A stretch of 64,000 nt of DNA from an uncultured Eubacterium sp. (lineage in GTDB: Bacteria > Bacillota > Clostridia > Oscillospirales > Acutalibacteraceae), in the NCBI GenBank assembly GCA_910583925.1, contig CAJTZJ010000004.1, positions 12,844 through 76,843 of the forward strand. Direction: 5' to 3'. Shown here piece after piece: positions 7,513-16,531 of the stretch. The translations under genes and the position numbers were made by a program. The notes beneath the pieces were generated by a model that saw only the letters and a list, made by a program, of their open reading frames with translations, was not told the origin of the DNA and searched no databases. Numbering within the stretch: the stretch's first letter is position 1; the number at the start of each line of letters is the position of its first letter.

Positions 7513-9306
7513 TTATTTTCTTTTTGCATTTACAACGGAACTATATGCTGAAGCTGCAGAACCGTTTGAATTCTTAACGGCTCTTACCTTATAGCTGTAT
7601 GCCTTTCCCTTTTTTGCCACAGCCGTTGTAAACGAATTTGCTGTTGTTACCTTCATACGCTTATATGAGCCGTTTGCCTGCTTGATATAAAGCTCATATT
7701 TATCCGCACCGGTAACCTTATTCCACGATAATGTAAAGGTTCCGTTTTTATTTACAACAGCCTTAACACCTGCAGGTGCAGTTAGTTTTTTATGATTCAC
7801 AGCATTGGCAGCTACACCCAAGGCAGAGGTTATGCGGCTGTTTTTTCCGGACAGGGATTTTGCCTTATAGTAATACTTTTTTCCATATGCTGCAACGGCA
7901 GTTGTAAACGAATTTGCCGATGTTGTTTTCATACGCTTATACGAACCGTTTGCCTGCCTTATATAAAGCTCATACTTATCCGCACCGGCAACCTTATTCC
8001 ACGACAATGTAAAGGTTCCGTTTTTATTTACGGTAACCTTAAGTGCAGGTGACTGAAGCCTTATTGTGTTTTTCTGATTTACTGCAGCACTGTAAGCGGA
8101 TACAAGCTTTCCTCTTACCGCTCTCATTCTATATGAATACTGCTTGCCGTATACTGCAACGGCAGTTGTAAATGAGGTTGAATTTGTTGTTTTCATAAGC
8201 TTATATGAACCATTCGTCTGCTTTATATACAGCTCATATTTTTCTGCACCTGAAATCTTACCCCATGAAAGAGTAAATGTTCCATTGCTGTTTACAGCCG
8301 TTTTAAGTGACGGAGTTTGCAAAGCAACCTTGTTTACCGCACCGACAACTGCACTGTATGCAGAAGCCGCATCAACATTTTTGCTTGTTACTGCTCTCAT
8401 TTTATAAGCATAATCCTTACCATATGCTGCAACAGCAGTTGTAAACGAATTTGCCGATGTTGTTTTCATAAGCTTATATGAGCCATCGGCATTCCTGATA
8501 CAAAGCTCATACTTTTCTGCACCCGCAACAGCATTCCAGGAAAGCGTAAATGTACCATTCTTGTTTTCAGCTGCCTTAAGATTTGGGGTTGCCAGCTTTT
8601 TATTATTTATACCTGTAACAACCTCGCTGAAATCGGAAGCAATTTCTTCGTTTTCCGTATTTATTGCTCTTACCTTATAGGAATACTTAACACCATAAGG
8701 AGCAAGAGCTGTTGTTGCACTTGTTTTTGCTACGGTTCCGTTCAGCTGATACTTACCTGTACTGTTATTCAAAACATAAACTTCATATTTATCGGCGCCA
8801 TCGATTTCATTCCAAAACATTGTAAAAGTACCATTATCATTTACAATTAATTCAACAGCAGGAGCGTCAAGTCTTATCGGCTCCTCCGGGTCAACCGGGT
8901 TTGTCGGCTCTTCCGGATCAACCGGGTCTGTCGGTTCTTCCGGGTCAACCGGGTTTGTCGGTTCTTCCGGGTCAACCGGGTCTGTTGGCTCTTCCGGGTC
9001 AACGGGTTCCGTCGGCTCTTCCGGGTCAACCGGGTCTGTCGGCTCTTCCGGGTCAACCGGGTTTGTCGGCTCTTCCGGGTCAACCGGGTTTGTCGGCTCT
9101 TCCGGGTCAACCGGGTTTGTCGGCTCTTCCGGATCAACCGGGTTTGTCGGCTCTTCCGGATCAACGGGATTTGTCGGTTCTGCAGGCTCGGTTACTTCCT
9201 CTGTAATCTCCGTATCGTTTTCATCAGCATATGCAAACAGATTGACAGCGGAAGCTATACTAAGTACCATAACAAATGATAATAAAAGACAGAATACCTT
9301 TTTCAT
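7513..9306 (-). CDS. secreted repeat protein: signal peptide, Pro-rich 9-aa repeats, five FN3-like modules
   Basis: Signal peptide MKKVFCLLLSFVMVLSIASAVNLFAYA. About 11 copies of PEEPT(N/D/E)PVD follow. Five modules of about 90 aa are each marked by NGTFTLSW...GA(D/E)KYELYI...YSYK.RAV. I see no LPXTG or other anchor motif. Confidence 0.9.
   Translation of the reverse strand: MKKVFCLLLSFVMVLSIASAVNLFAYADENDTEITEEVTEPAEPTNPVDPEEPTNPVDPEEPTNPVDPEEPTNPVDPEEPTNPVDPEEPTDPVDPEEPTEPVDPEEPTDPVDPEEPTNPVDPEEPTDPVDPEEPTNPVDPEEPIRLDAPAVELIVNDNGTFTMFWNEIDGADKYEVYVLNNSTGKYQLNGTVAKTSATTALAPYGVKYSYKVRAINTENEEIASDFSEVVTGINNKKLATPNLKAAENKNGTFTLSWNAVAGAEKYELCIRNADGSYKLMKTTSANSFTTAVAAYGKDYAYKMRAVTSKNVDAASAYSAVVGAVNKVALQTPSLKTAVNSNGTFTLSWGKISGAEKYELYIKQTNGSYKLMKTTNSTSFTTAVAVYGKQYSYRMRAVRGKLVSAYSAAVNQKNTIRLQSPALKVTVNKNGTFTLSWNKVAGADKYELYIRQANGSYKRMKTTSANSFTTAVAAYGKKYYYKAKSLSGKNSRITSALGVAANAVNHKKLTAPAGVKAVVNKNGTFTLSWNKVTGADKYELYIKQANGSYKRMKVTTANSFTTAVAKKGKAYSYKVRAVKNSNGSAASAYSSVVNAKRK
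7516..8874. repeat. five roughly 270-bp intragenic tandem modules (FN3-like domains)
   Basis: Long near-identical DNA stretches recur. For example, CCACGA(T/C)AATGTAAAGGTTCCGTTTTTATTTAC occurs near 7722 and near 7996. TTGTAAACGAATTTGC(T/C)G(A/T)TGTTG occurs near 7627, 7903 and 8441, and the last two copies share a longer run (TTGTAAACGAATTTGCCGATGTTGTTTTCATA). Confidence 0.8.
8875..9186. repeat. 27-bp coding tandem repeat, about 11.5 copies
   Basis: The plus-strand unit CCGGGTCAACCGGGTTTGTCGGCTCTT is repeated head to tail with occasional single-base variants. It encodes PEEPTNPVD on the minus strand. Confidence 0.95.
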
Positions 9307-9339
9307 ATTAATACAACCTTTCGTTTTATTAATTCAACT

Positions 9340-10017
9340 TTATAATATATTTTTAATTTCGTCAAGTGAATTTACAATAAAATCAGCTTTTACATGATTT
9401 GGAACAGAAGCCTTATCATAATTAAACCAAAGCGTTTTAATTCCATATGCTGCACCGCCGTTTATATCGGCAGAAAGAGAATCGCCGATTATCATTACCT
9501 CTTCTTTTGAAATATTCCCGAGTTTTTCAAAGCACGCATCAAAAAATTTCGACTCAGGCTTTGGATAACCAATTTGCTCAGAATTAAAAATATTGGCAAA
9601 ATACTTCATCATATCAGCATTATTCAGTCTTTTTAACTGCTGCTGATAGGAGGCATTGCTTGCAACTGAAACAATATATTTTGCCGAAAGATAATCAAGA
9701 AGCTCATATGCACCGTCCACAGGCTCCTTGCTGTCTGAAAAAATATTTCTGAAATCCTGTTCAAAGGTCGGTCCGTCTGCATTTATTCCCAGCCTTTCAA
9801 AAATGGTTTTCCACCTTAACTGATAAAGCGTTTTTTTATCTATTTCCCCTGTTTCAATTTTCCGCCATAAGCTGTCATTAACCTCTAAAAACACAGGAAA
9901 AACCTTTTCGCTGTATTCAATATTCCATTTTAAAAAACCAGTTTTTATTGCAGCCTCTGCGCATTTATTAAAATCCAGCAGAGTATTATCAACATCAATT
10001 AAAACATTTGTAATCAT
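9340..10017 (-). CDS. HAD-IA family hydrolase (YjjG-like nucleotidase/phosphatase)
   Basis: DVDNTL motif I at the N-terminus and GDS..DI..G motif near the C-terminus. Confidence 0.8.
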   Translation of the reverse strand: MITNVLIDVDNTLLDFNKCAEAAIKTGFLKWNIEYSEKVFPVFLEVNDSLWRKIETGEIDKKTLYQLRWKTIFERLGINADGPTFEQDFRNIFSDSKEPVDGAYELLDYLSAKYIVSVASNASYQQQLKRLNNADMMKYFANIFNSEQIGYPKPESKFFDACFEKLGNISKEEVMIIGDSLSADINGGAAYGIKTLWFNYDKASVPNHVKADFIVNSLDEIKNIL

Positions 10018-10838
10018 AAAATATTTTCCTCAACATATTGAATAACATTATCGTTATTCGAGCAGATTATACCATTTGCAGCCGCCTTAATTTCACCACA
10101 CGCATTTGAAACGGCATAACAAATGCCCGCTGCTTTAAACATATCCATATCATTTTTACTGTCACCGAGAGCAAGTGTTCTTCCGATATCAAGAGAAAGC
10201 ATTTCGCATAGCCTTTTCAGCCCCGTACCCTTATTCGTGCTCTTATTCATAATTTCAAGATTATTACCCATAGAGCTTACAACCTCTATTTCCGGGTATC
10301 GATCATGAATGCGCTCAAGGCATTCTGCCCGGTCACTCATATCCCTGAAAAACGCATCAAAAAGCTCCGGCTTTAAGCTTTCGTTTTTAAGCATAGCCCC
10401 GAAATCCTCAGCCCTTTTCCGTTTTTCCATAATAACCTGCTGAAAACGAGGATTGATTTTATAATAGTCAAAGCTTTCCTTATTAACCTTGTTCTTATCT
10501 GCCCAGGGATAACCACCGCTATAAATTTCAATAAAGGTTTCATATGAGGTAAGCAGAGCATAAATACCAACAGCAGTATCCCTTTCAATCGTTGAGGAAT
10601 ACATAATACCTTTGCCCTTTTCATAAATTCCCGAGCCATTTGAGAAAACGAAATACTTAACATATTCCTCATCACGCACTTCGGCAGGAATTTCATGATA
10701 TGTTCGACCGGTAACAGGAACAACGGATATTCCCCTTTTGCCAAGCCGTCTTATTGCTTTTAAATTTTCATCACTTACTTTTGAATGATCATCAAGCAGT
10801 GTTCCGTCCATATCAACGGCAATTAATTTTATATCCAT
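10014..10838 (-). CDS. Cof-type HAD-IIB phosphatase
   Basis: Motifs MDIKLIAVDMDGTLL, VTGR, and GDSKNDMDMFKAAG. I place the start at the ATG at 10838 (AGGTG SD). The ORF-track N-terminal extension to 10895 overlaps the upstream gene. Confidence 0.85.
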   Translation of the reverse strand: MDIKLIAVDMDGTLLDDHSKVSDENLKAIRRLGKRGISVVPVTGRTYHEIPAEVRDEEYVKYFVFSNGSGIYEKGKGIMYSSTIERDTAVGIYALLTSYETFIEIYSGGYPWADKNKVNKESFDYYKINPRFQQVIMEKRKRAEDFGAMLKNESLKPELFDAFFRDMSDRAECLERIHDRYPEIEVVSSMGNNLEIMNKSTNKGTGLKRLCEMLSLDIGRTLALGDSKNDMDMFKAAGICYAVSNACGEIKAAANGIICSNNDNVIQYVEENIL

Positions 10839-10891
10839 AAAACACCTAATATTGAAACAGAGGATATTCAAACGAATACCCTCTGCATGAA

Positions 10892-11833
10892 TCATTTAAC
10901 AAATTCTTTAGTAACCTTTACTATATTTTCGGCACTCAATCCAAATTGCTTAAGAAGATCCTTAGCAGGACCGCTGTGACCGAATTCATCATTTACACCG
11001 ATTCTCTTAACAGGAGTCGGGCATTTTTCCGAAAGGCAGGCACAAACTGCTTCGCCGAGTCCGCCGATAATGCTATGTTCCTCTACAGTAATCACCCTGC
11101 CTGTTTTTTCAGCAGAAGCCACAACAAGCTCTTCATCAAGAGGCTTGATTGTTGCAATATTAATAATTTCAGCATTTATGCCGTCTGCCTCAAGCACCTT
11201 ACCGGCCTCAATTGCTTCGGCAACCATTAAACCGTTTGCAATAATTGTTACATCGTTGCCTTCTTTAACAACCTCGCCCTTGCCGATTTCAAATTTATAG
11301 CTTTCATCATGAAATACAGGAACAGCAAGTCTGCCGAATCTTAGATAAACAGGCCCCTCATATTTATATGCAGCCTTAACCGCCTGCTTTGCTTCAACAT
11401 CATCTGCAGGGCAGATCACTACCATACCGGGAATGGAACGCATAAGCGCAAAATCCTCACAGCACTGATGCGAAGCACCGTCCTCGCCAACTGAAATACC
11501 GGCATGCGTTGCACCGATTTTGACATTAAGATGAGGATATCCGATTGAGTTTCTTATCTGCTCAAATGCTCTGCCCGATGCGAACATCGCAAAGCTTGAA
11601 GCAAACGGAACAAGACCCATTGTGCTTAAGCCGGCAGCAACGGAAACCATATTAGCCTCTGCAATACCGCAGTTGAAATGTCTGTTTGGATAATCTTTCT
11701 GGAAAATACCTGTTTTTGTTGCAGCAGAAAGGTCTGCATCAAGAACAACAAGATTATCCGCTCCATCGGCTGCAAGCTCCTTAAGAGCTGTACCATAGCT
11801 GTCTCTTGTTGCAACATTTTTAACTTCTGCCAT
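10892..11833 (-). CDS. transketolase, C-terminal (pyrimidine-binding) subunit
   Basis: 313 aa. RDSYG..L..L, GIAEANMVSVAAGL and the EDGASHQ motif match the split-transketolase B subunit. Confidence 0.92.
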   Translation of the reverse strand: MAEVKNVATRDSYGTALKELAADGADNLVVLDADLSAATKTGIFQKDYPNRHFNCGIAEANMVSVAAGLSTMGLVPFASSFAMFASGRAFEQIRNSIGYPHLNVKIGATHAGISVGEDGASHQCCEDFALMRSIPGMVVICPADDVEAKQAVKAAYKYEGPVYLRFGRLAVPVFHDESYKFEIGKGEVVKEGNDVTIIANGLMVAEAIEAGKVLEADGINAEIINIATIKPLDEELVVASAEKTGRVITVEEHSIIGGLGEAVCACLSEKCPTPVKRIGVNDEFGHSGPAKDLLKQFGLSAENIVKVTKEFVK

Positions 11834-11836
11834 TCC

Positions 11837-12679
11837 TTACGCCTCCTCTAACTCTGCAAGCTTAGCATTAAGCTCTGCCATCGCGATTTCATATTCTTCA
11901 GTATTCGGAGCTTTACCATGCCAGCCGACTGCATTTTCCATATAGGATACGCCCTTGCCCTTAACGGTTTTCATTATAATGGCAAACGGCTTTTTGCTTT
12001 CATGGAACTTTTCAAAGGCTGTTTCGATTTCATCCAGATTATTACCGTCTATAACAACACATTCAAAACCGAATGACTCTGCCTTTTTATCAATAGGCTC
12101 TGCGCTCATTACATCCTCGCAGGCACCGTCAATCTGTAAACCGTTCACATCAATGATAACACAAAGATTATCAAGATTGTAATGAGAAGCAAACATCATA
12201 GCCTCCCATACCTGACCCTCTTCAATTTCTCCGTCGCCGAGCATTGTATAAACACGAATATCCTTATCAAGATATTTAGCGCCCTTTGCCATTCCGCAGG
12301 CAGCACTGATACCCTGACCGAGTGATCCCGTACTCATATCAACACCGGGAACAGTATTCATATTCGGATGACCCTGAAGATAAGAGCCGATATGACGAAG
12401 CGTTTTTAAATCTTCGGCAGGGAAAAAGCCTGTATATGCAAGCGCACTGTAAAGCGCAGGTGCAGCGTGACCTTTTGAAAGAACAAAGCGGTCTCTGTTC
12501 TCCATTTTAGGATTTTTTGAATCCACATTCATTTCCTTGCCATAAAGATATGCAAGCACATCTGCCGCTGAAAGGCTTCCGCCCGGATGACCGGCCTTTG
12601 CATGATAAGTACCCTCAATGATTCCCAAACGGATTTTCGCCGCAAGAATCTGAAGCTCTTTTTTCTGCTTATTATCCAT
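11837..12679 (-). CDS. transketolase, N-terminal (TPP-binding) subunit
   Basis: 280 aa. GHPGGSLS, SKGHAAPALY and GDGE..EGQVWEA match the split-transketolase A subunit. Confidence 0.92.
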   Translation of the reverse strand: MDNKQKKELQILAAKIRLGIIEGTYHAKAGHPGGSLSAADVLAYLYGKEMNVDSKNPKMENRDRFVLSKGHAAPALYSALAYTGFFPAEDLKTLRHIGSYLQGHPNMNTVPGVDMSTGSLGQGISAACGMAKGAKYLDKDIRVYTMLGDGEIEEGQVWEAMMFASHYNLDNLCVIIDVNGLQIDGACEDVMSAEPIDKKAESFGFECVVIDGNNLDEIETAFEKFHESKKPFAIIMKTVKGKGVSYMENAVGWHGKAPNTEEYEIAMAELNAKLAELEEA

Positions 12680-12820
12680 AAGTTAAACTCCTTTTTACTG
12701 AAGTCAATAAAGTATTTTCATCGACTGATTCTTTTCTTTATCAACTTATATCTCTTTTACTACCCTGTTATTTTAACATTATGATAAAAATACTGCAATA
12801 GTAAATTTAAAATTACTACC

Positions 12821-14266
12821 TTATCGTGCCATTCGCATTTTTGCCTTGGTTTCAGCATCTATTTTGTAAAACAGCATGGGAACGGCACTGATCAGTGCCG
12901 AAACACCGACAAAGCCTATATATGAAAACATAATTATATTCTGCATTTTTGCAGGAATGCTGCCTGTTTCGTAAACAACCTGCGTATACCCCGATGCTGC
13001 AACAATAAGAAGACCCGCCGCAACACACATAGCATTGCTCAGCTTGATTGAAAGGCTTAAAATCGCATAGTTTACGCCCTCTTTACGCTCGCCCGTATTA
13101 TAAAGACGATACTCTACAATATCCGCTGTCATAACAAGAGGAATATATGTATTTGCCGCAGTAAGAAAGCCGATTACAAACTGAAAAAACATAATCATAT
13201 ACAGCGCTGCATTACCATATCTTAAAGCACTGCTCTGCGGAAGAAGCCAGTAAAAAACAGTAATCGCCGTATTAAAGATAAATGCAGCAACCGAAAAGCC
13301 GATATAGGTTTTCTTTTCTCCAAGCTTCTTATTGATCAGCGGAACGACACAAATTCCTATAAATCCCGAAACACCGCCGAAAACACCAGGAAGCCATGTT
13401 GCATCAGCCGTAGTATCCATAACCATTCCGAAGAGATTGATTTTTCCGATTAATGCACCGTTTGCCTGAACACAGACAATAAGCCCCATAGAACGGGCAA
13501 AGCCAAGCATATTAATCAGAAAAACAATAAAAATCATTTTGTTGCTTTTTATTTCGGAAAGCATCTCTTTTATCGAAACGGTTTTGGCGGATTTTGAACT
13601 TTCAACCGCTTCTGTATTTTTCTTATACATGAATATAATAAGAGAAGTACCAAGCACGAAGAAAACAAGCGCTGTTATAAAATAATATTCCTTATCATCA
13701 TAATTGCCCTTTATCATTCCCAGCAGCATCATAACTACGGTTACAAAGGCACCGGGAAGAGCAAGCGCCATCGTTTTTGCAATATTGGAAAAGCTTGCGG
13801 CAATATTTCTTTCATCCACATCGGGAGAAAGCAGAGAAAGCATACCCTGAGACGGAATATCGGCAAAGCTCATAGCCATATTCCACAAAACAGTTGTTAC
13901 TGTAATATAAAGATAAAGAAAAACTTTACTGCCGAATTTATCAAACGGAATATAAATAAAAATCAGAGTAGTTAAAACAGCCAGAGGAAGCGCACTGCGA
14001 AGCACCCATGGGCGCATTTTTCCGCCTTTAAGCGAGCTTTTATCAATCATCGCACCGATAAGAGGATCAAAAACGCAGCTGATAAGCTTTGCCGCAAAAA
14101 TGATAATTGCAGATGCGTAAAAAATATTACTGTCAAACGAAGAATACATTTTATTGTAAAATTCCGTCTGGAAGCTGTTAACATATCCGATAAATATCTG
14201 AACACCAAAAATACCCAAGGCATAAATAAGAGCTGATGAAACAGACAAAGTTTTATTCTTTTTCAT
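12821..14266 (-). CDS. glycoside-pentoside-hexuronide (GPH/MelB-type) cation symporter
   Basis: 481 aa and about 12 TM segments. It carries the GPH signature DPLIGAMIDKS....GKMRPWVL. Confidence 0.8.
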   Translation of the reverse strand: MKKNKTLSVSSALIYALGIFGVQIFIGYVNSFQTEFYNKMYSSFDSNIFYASAIIIFAAKLISCVFDPLIGAMIDKSSLKGGKMRPWVLRSALPLAVLTTLIFIYIPFDKFGSKVFLYLYITVTTVLWNMAMSFADIPSQGMLSLLSPDVDERNIAASFSNIAKTMALALPGAFVTVVMMLLGMIKGNYDDKEYYFITALVFFVLGTSLIIFMYKKNTEAVESSKSAKTVSIKEMLSEIKSNKMIFIVFLINMLGFARSMGLIVCVQANGALIGKINLFGMVMDTTADATWLPGVFGGVSGFIGICVVPLINKKLGEKKTYIGFSVAAFIFNTAITVFYWLLPQSSALRYGNAALYMIMFFQFVIGFLTAANTYIPLVMTADIVEYRLYNTGERKEGVNYAILSLSIKLSNAMCVAAGLLIVAASGYTQVVYETGSIPAKMQNIIMFSYIGFVGVSALISAVPMLFYKIDAETKAKMRMAR

Positions 14267-14334
14267 ATGTAAGCCCTTTCTTAACAGATTTTCATATCCC
14301 TGTAATCAGTTATGCCATGGGAAGCATTACCGTT

Positions 14335-16440
14335 TTATTTGCAGAAATTACTGATTCTGATTACCCTGCCGCTGAAATCGGTTACCACAGCATCATTATC
14401 GATAATTGTGCATTTGCCGAATATCGGTGCACCAATTACAACAGAATTTTCAAGCTCACCGGTTTTTGCTGAAATTTTATAAATCTTGCCATCCGATGCA
14501 CCGAAGAAAAGCGAGCCGTCTTTCAGCACAGGTGTTGGCTCAATTGTTTCAGCTTCACCGCTTGTATACGGTGCAGTATAAATCATTGCTTTTCCCGTTT
14601 CAAACCGCCATTCTTCTGCCATTTCATTTGTATTATAAGCTATAAGCCCCTTATTCGCTGTTGGAATATATGCCGCATTGCCATCAATAACAGGCTGAGC
14701 GCTTGAAGAAAAATTGATATCTTCATATGTATCCTTATGCAGTATTTCGCCATTATTTGCATTAATAAGCATAATGGAGTTTGAATCCGCAGCAATCAAA
14801 GTGTTTTCATCAATAACGGCGGGTGTTGAACTTCTGAAACGCAATTCGCTGTCTTTATTTTCCCAAAGCTTTTTGCCTGTTTTTTTATCAAGAGCAACAA
14901 GCGCATCCCAATGCGAGCTTACAAGAAGCTTATCCCCTGCAACAACAAATTCAGCAGGCGAAGCCTCGCCGTGATTTCTTATATTTTCCCAAATCACATT
15001 GCCGTTTTCAATATCATATGCGGTTATGCCTGCTGCACAGCCTGCATACAGCACACCGTTTTCAGCAACAATACCGCTGCTTGTTGAAAGAGAAGAGCCA
15101 AGCTCCGCCTTTTCAACCCATATTTCTTTGCCGTTTTTTGCATCAACGCAATAAATATTGCCCTCTGCATCCTGCGCAAGCAATTTATCGTTTTCAATCA
15201 CAACATTGTTTTTGATTGAATTCAGCGTTTTATAAACCCAAAGAATTTTTCCGCTTTCTGCATCAAGTGCATATATACCGCAGGAACGAGGATAATCCTC
15301 ATCAACCGTTGCAGTATAGATGATATTATCCTTCACAACCGTATCTGTAAACAGAATATTATCCTCAAGCGGCGTCGTCCATTTTGCTTCTTTAACATCC
15401 GACATGGTGCCATTCCAATCATAATAGTGCATATTGGTTGTAACAGAACCATCCGTTGCAATGTGAATCATTCTTGCGCCGCTTACAGAGGAATCAATAC
15501 CTCCGCAGTCAGGACGGGCAGTTGATATTTTACATATACCATTTTGATTTTCTTCAATATAATTATAATGATAATGACCGAAAACCCAAGCGATAAGATT
15601 ATGCTTTTTCAAATCAAGATCTTTTCTGTCAAAAGAAATAACATAATCATCATTAGGCGGTATATTATGATTAAACATAACAACCTTCATATTCGGATCT
15701 GTATTTGCCAGATCATTTTCAAGCCAGAGCCAGCGGTCATTTTTATTATAGGCAGATTTTCTGTCCGCCCCGGTCTGAAACGGTGTAACAACATAATGAA
15801 CATTGCCAATCTCAAAGGAATACCATACCGGTCCGTAAAGGCTTTCGAAAAGCTCCTCGCCGTATTTTCCGTCAACATAATCGTGATTTCCGATAATGTA
15901 GCGAACAGGCACACCCATATTCTCGGTATTCATATCCTCAATATGCTTTTTAAGCCCCGGCTCATAGCAGATATCGCCTGTATGAATCAAAAATGCAGGC
16001 TTGTCGTTTTCCGCAATATCCTTAAGATAATTTATCCATTCGCCAACGCCGTTTTTACCGATTTCAGTATCAGAAATCTGAAGAAAGCTGTGCGCAGAGC
16101 CTGCTGCAATATCTGATTTCTGCAAATCAAAATCATAGCCCTCTGCCTTATTCCTGTCGGCTGAAAGATAATAATTCTCTGTCCAATAGCCGGCAGGGGC
16201 GGTAACTGTTATAAAACGGGTTTTTCTGTATCCCTTTAAAAAGAATTTGCCGTTTTCATCTGTTTTAACAACATTGCGTCCGTCAGAAACGCTTACATTC
16301 GCAATTGGATTTCCATCCGCCGTAACAGTTCCCGAATAGCCCTTTGAACTGTTCAACCCAAATACAAGGAAACACACAACAGCAGCAATAATTAAAATTA
16401 AAATCAGACTCAAAATAATCAAAACAGTCTTTTTACTCAT
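14335..16440 (-). CDS. membrane-anchored calcineurin-like metallophosphoesterase fused to a PQQ-like beta-propeller
   Basis: N-terminal TM anchor. A Cna-B/MetallophosN-like segment follows (NVSVSDGRNVVKTDENGKFFL). Metallophosphatase motifs are present (ISDTE, GDICY, GNHDY, GHYH). The C-terminal half repeats the G(K/N).(I/L)W blade pattern (GKILWVYKT, GKEIWVEKA, GNVIWENIR, GKKLWENKD). Confidence 0.8.
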   Translation of the reverse strand: MSKKTVLIILSLILILIIAAVVCFLVFGLNSSKGYSGTVTADGNPIANVSVSDGRNVVKTDENGKFFLKGYRKTRFITVTAPAGYWTENYYLSADRNKAEGYDFDLQKSDIAAGSAHSFLQISDTEIGKNGVGEWINYLKDIAENDKPAFLIHTGDICYEPGLKKHIEDMNTENMGVPVRYIIGNHDYVDGKYGEELFESLYGPVWYSFEIGNVHYVVTPFQTGADRKSAYNKNDRWLWLENDLANTDPNMKVVMFNHNIPPNDDYVISFDRKDLDLKKHNLIAWVFGHYHYNYIEENQNGICKISTARPDCGGIDSSVSGARMIHIATDGSVTTNMHYYDWNGTMSDVKEAKWTTPLEDNILFTDTVVKDNIIYTATVDEDYPRSCGIYALDAESGKILWVYKTLNSIKNNVVIENDKLLAQDAEGNIYCVDAKNGKEIWVEKAELGSSLSTSSGIVAENGVLYAGCAAGITAYDIENGNVIWENIRNHGEASPAEFVVAGDKLLVSSHWDALVALDKKTGKKLWENKDSELRFRSSTPAVIDENTLIAADSNSIMLINANNGEILHKDTYEDINFSSSAQPVIDGNAAYIPTANKGLIAYNTNEMAEEWRFETGKAMIYTAPYTSGEAETIEPTPVLKDGSLFFGASDGKIYKISAKTGELENSVVIGAPIFGKCTIIDNDAVVTDFSGRVIRISNFCK

Positions 16441-16531
16441 AAATATTTACCTTTTTTTCAGTCAGTAAGATTTCGCTATTCTGACATCAAAATAATGCTT
16501 TACTGACCGTTTACTTTAAAAAACATTTTCA

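Noticed and set aside
8874-9206. ORFs 8874-9164 (minus) and 8901-9206 (plus), with repetitive RKSRQTRLT and LPGQPGLSA translations. The regular 27-bp periodicity could also be mistaken for a CRISPR-like array.
   Set aside because: They are alternative frames of the 27-bp coding repeat inside the 7513-9306 gene. The units are contiguous with no spacers, and the PEEPTNPVD frame is continuous with a signal peptide and downstream domains.
10014-10895. A 19-residue N-terminal extension of the Cof-type phosphatase that overlaps the transketolase gene.
   Set aside because: The conserved HAD motif I (DMDGTLL) follows 8 residues after the internal Met at 10838. That Met has an AGGTG SD. The extension has no SD and an implausible sequence.
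15544-16116. A 190-aa plus-strand ORF, and other long antisense ORFs (16877-17323, 25464-25904, 27363-27812, 29123-29548, 61323-61778, 39708-40118).
   Set aside because: All lie antisense to well-supported genes. Their translations are Ile/Asn/Phe/Arg-rich and low in complexity, typical of the reverse frame of AT-rich coding DNA. None has an SD.
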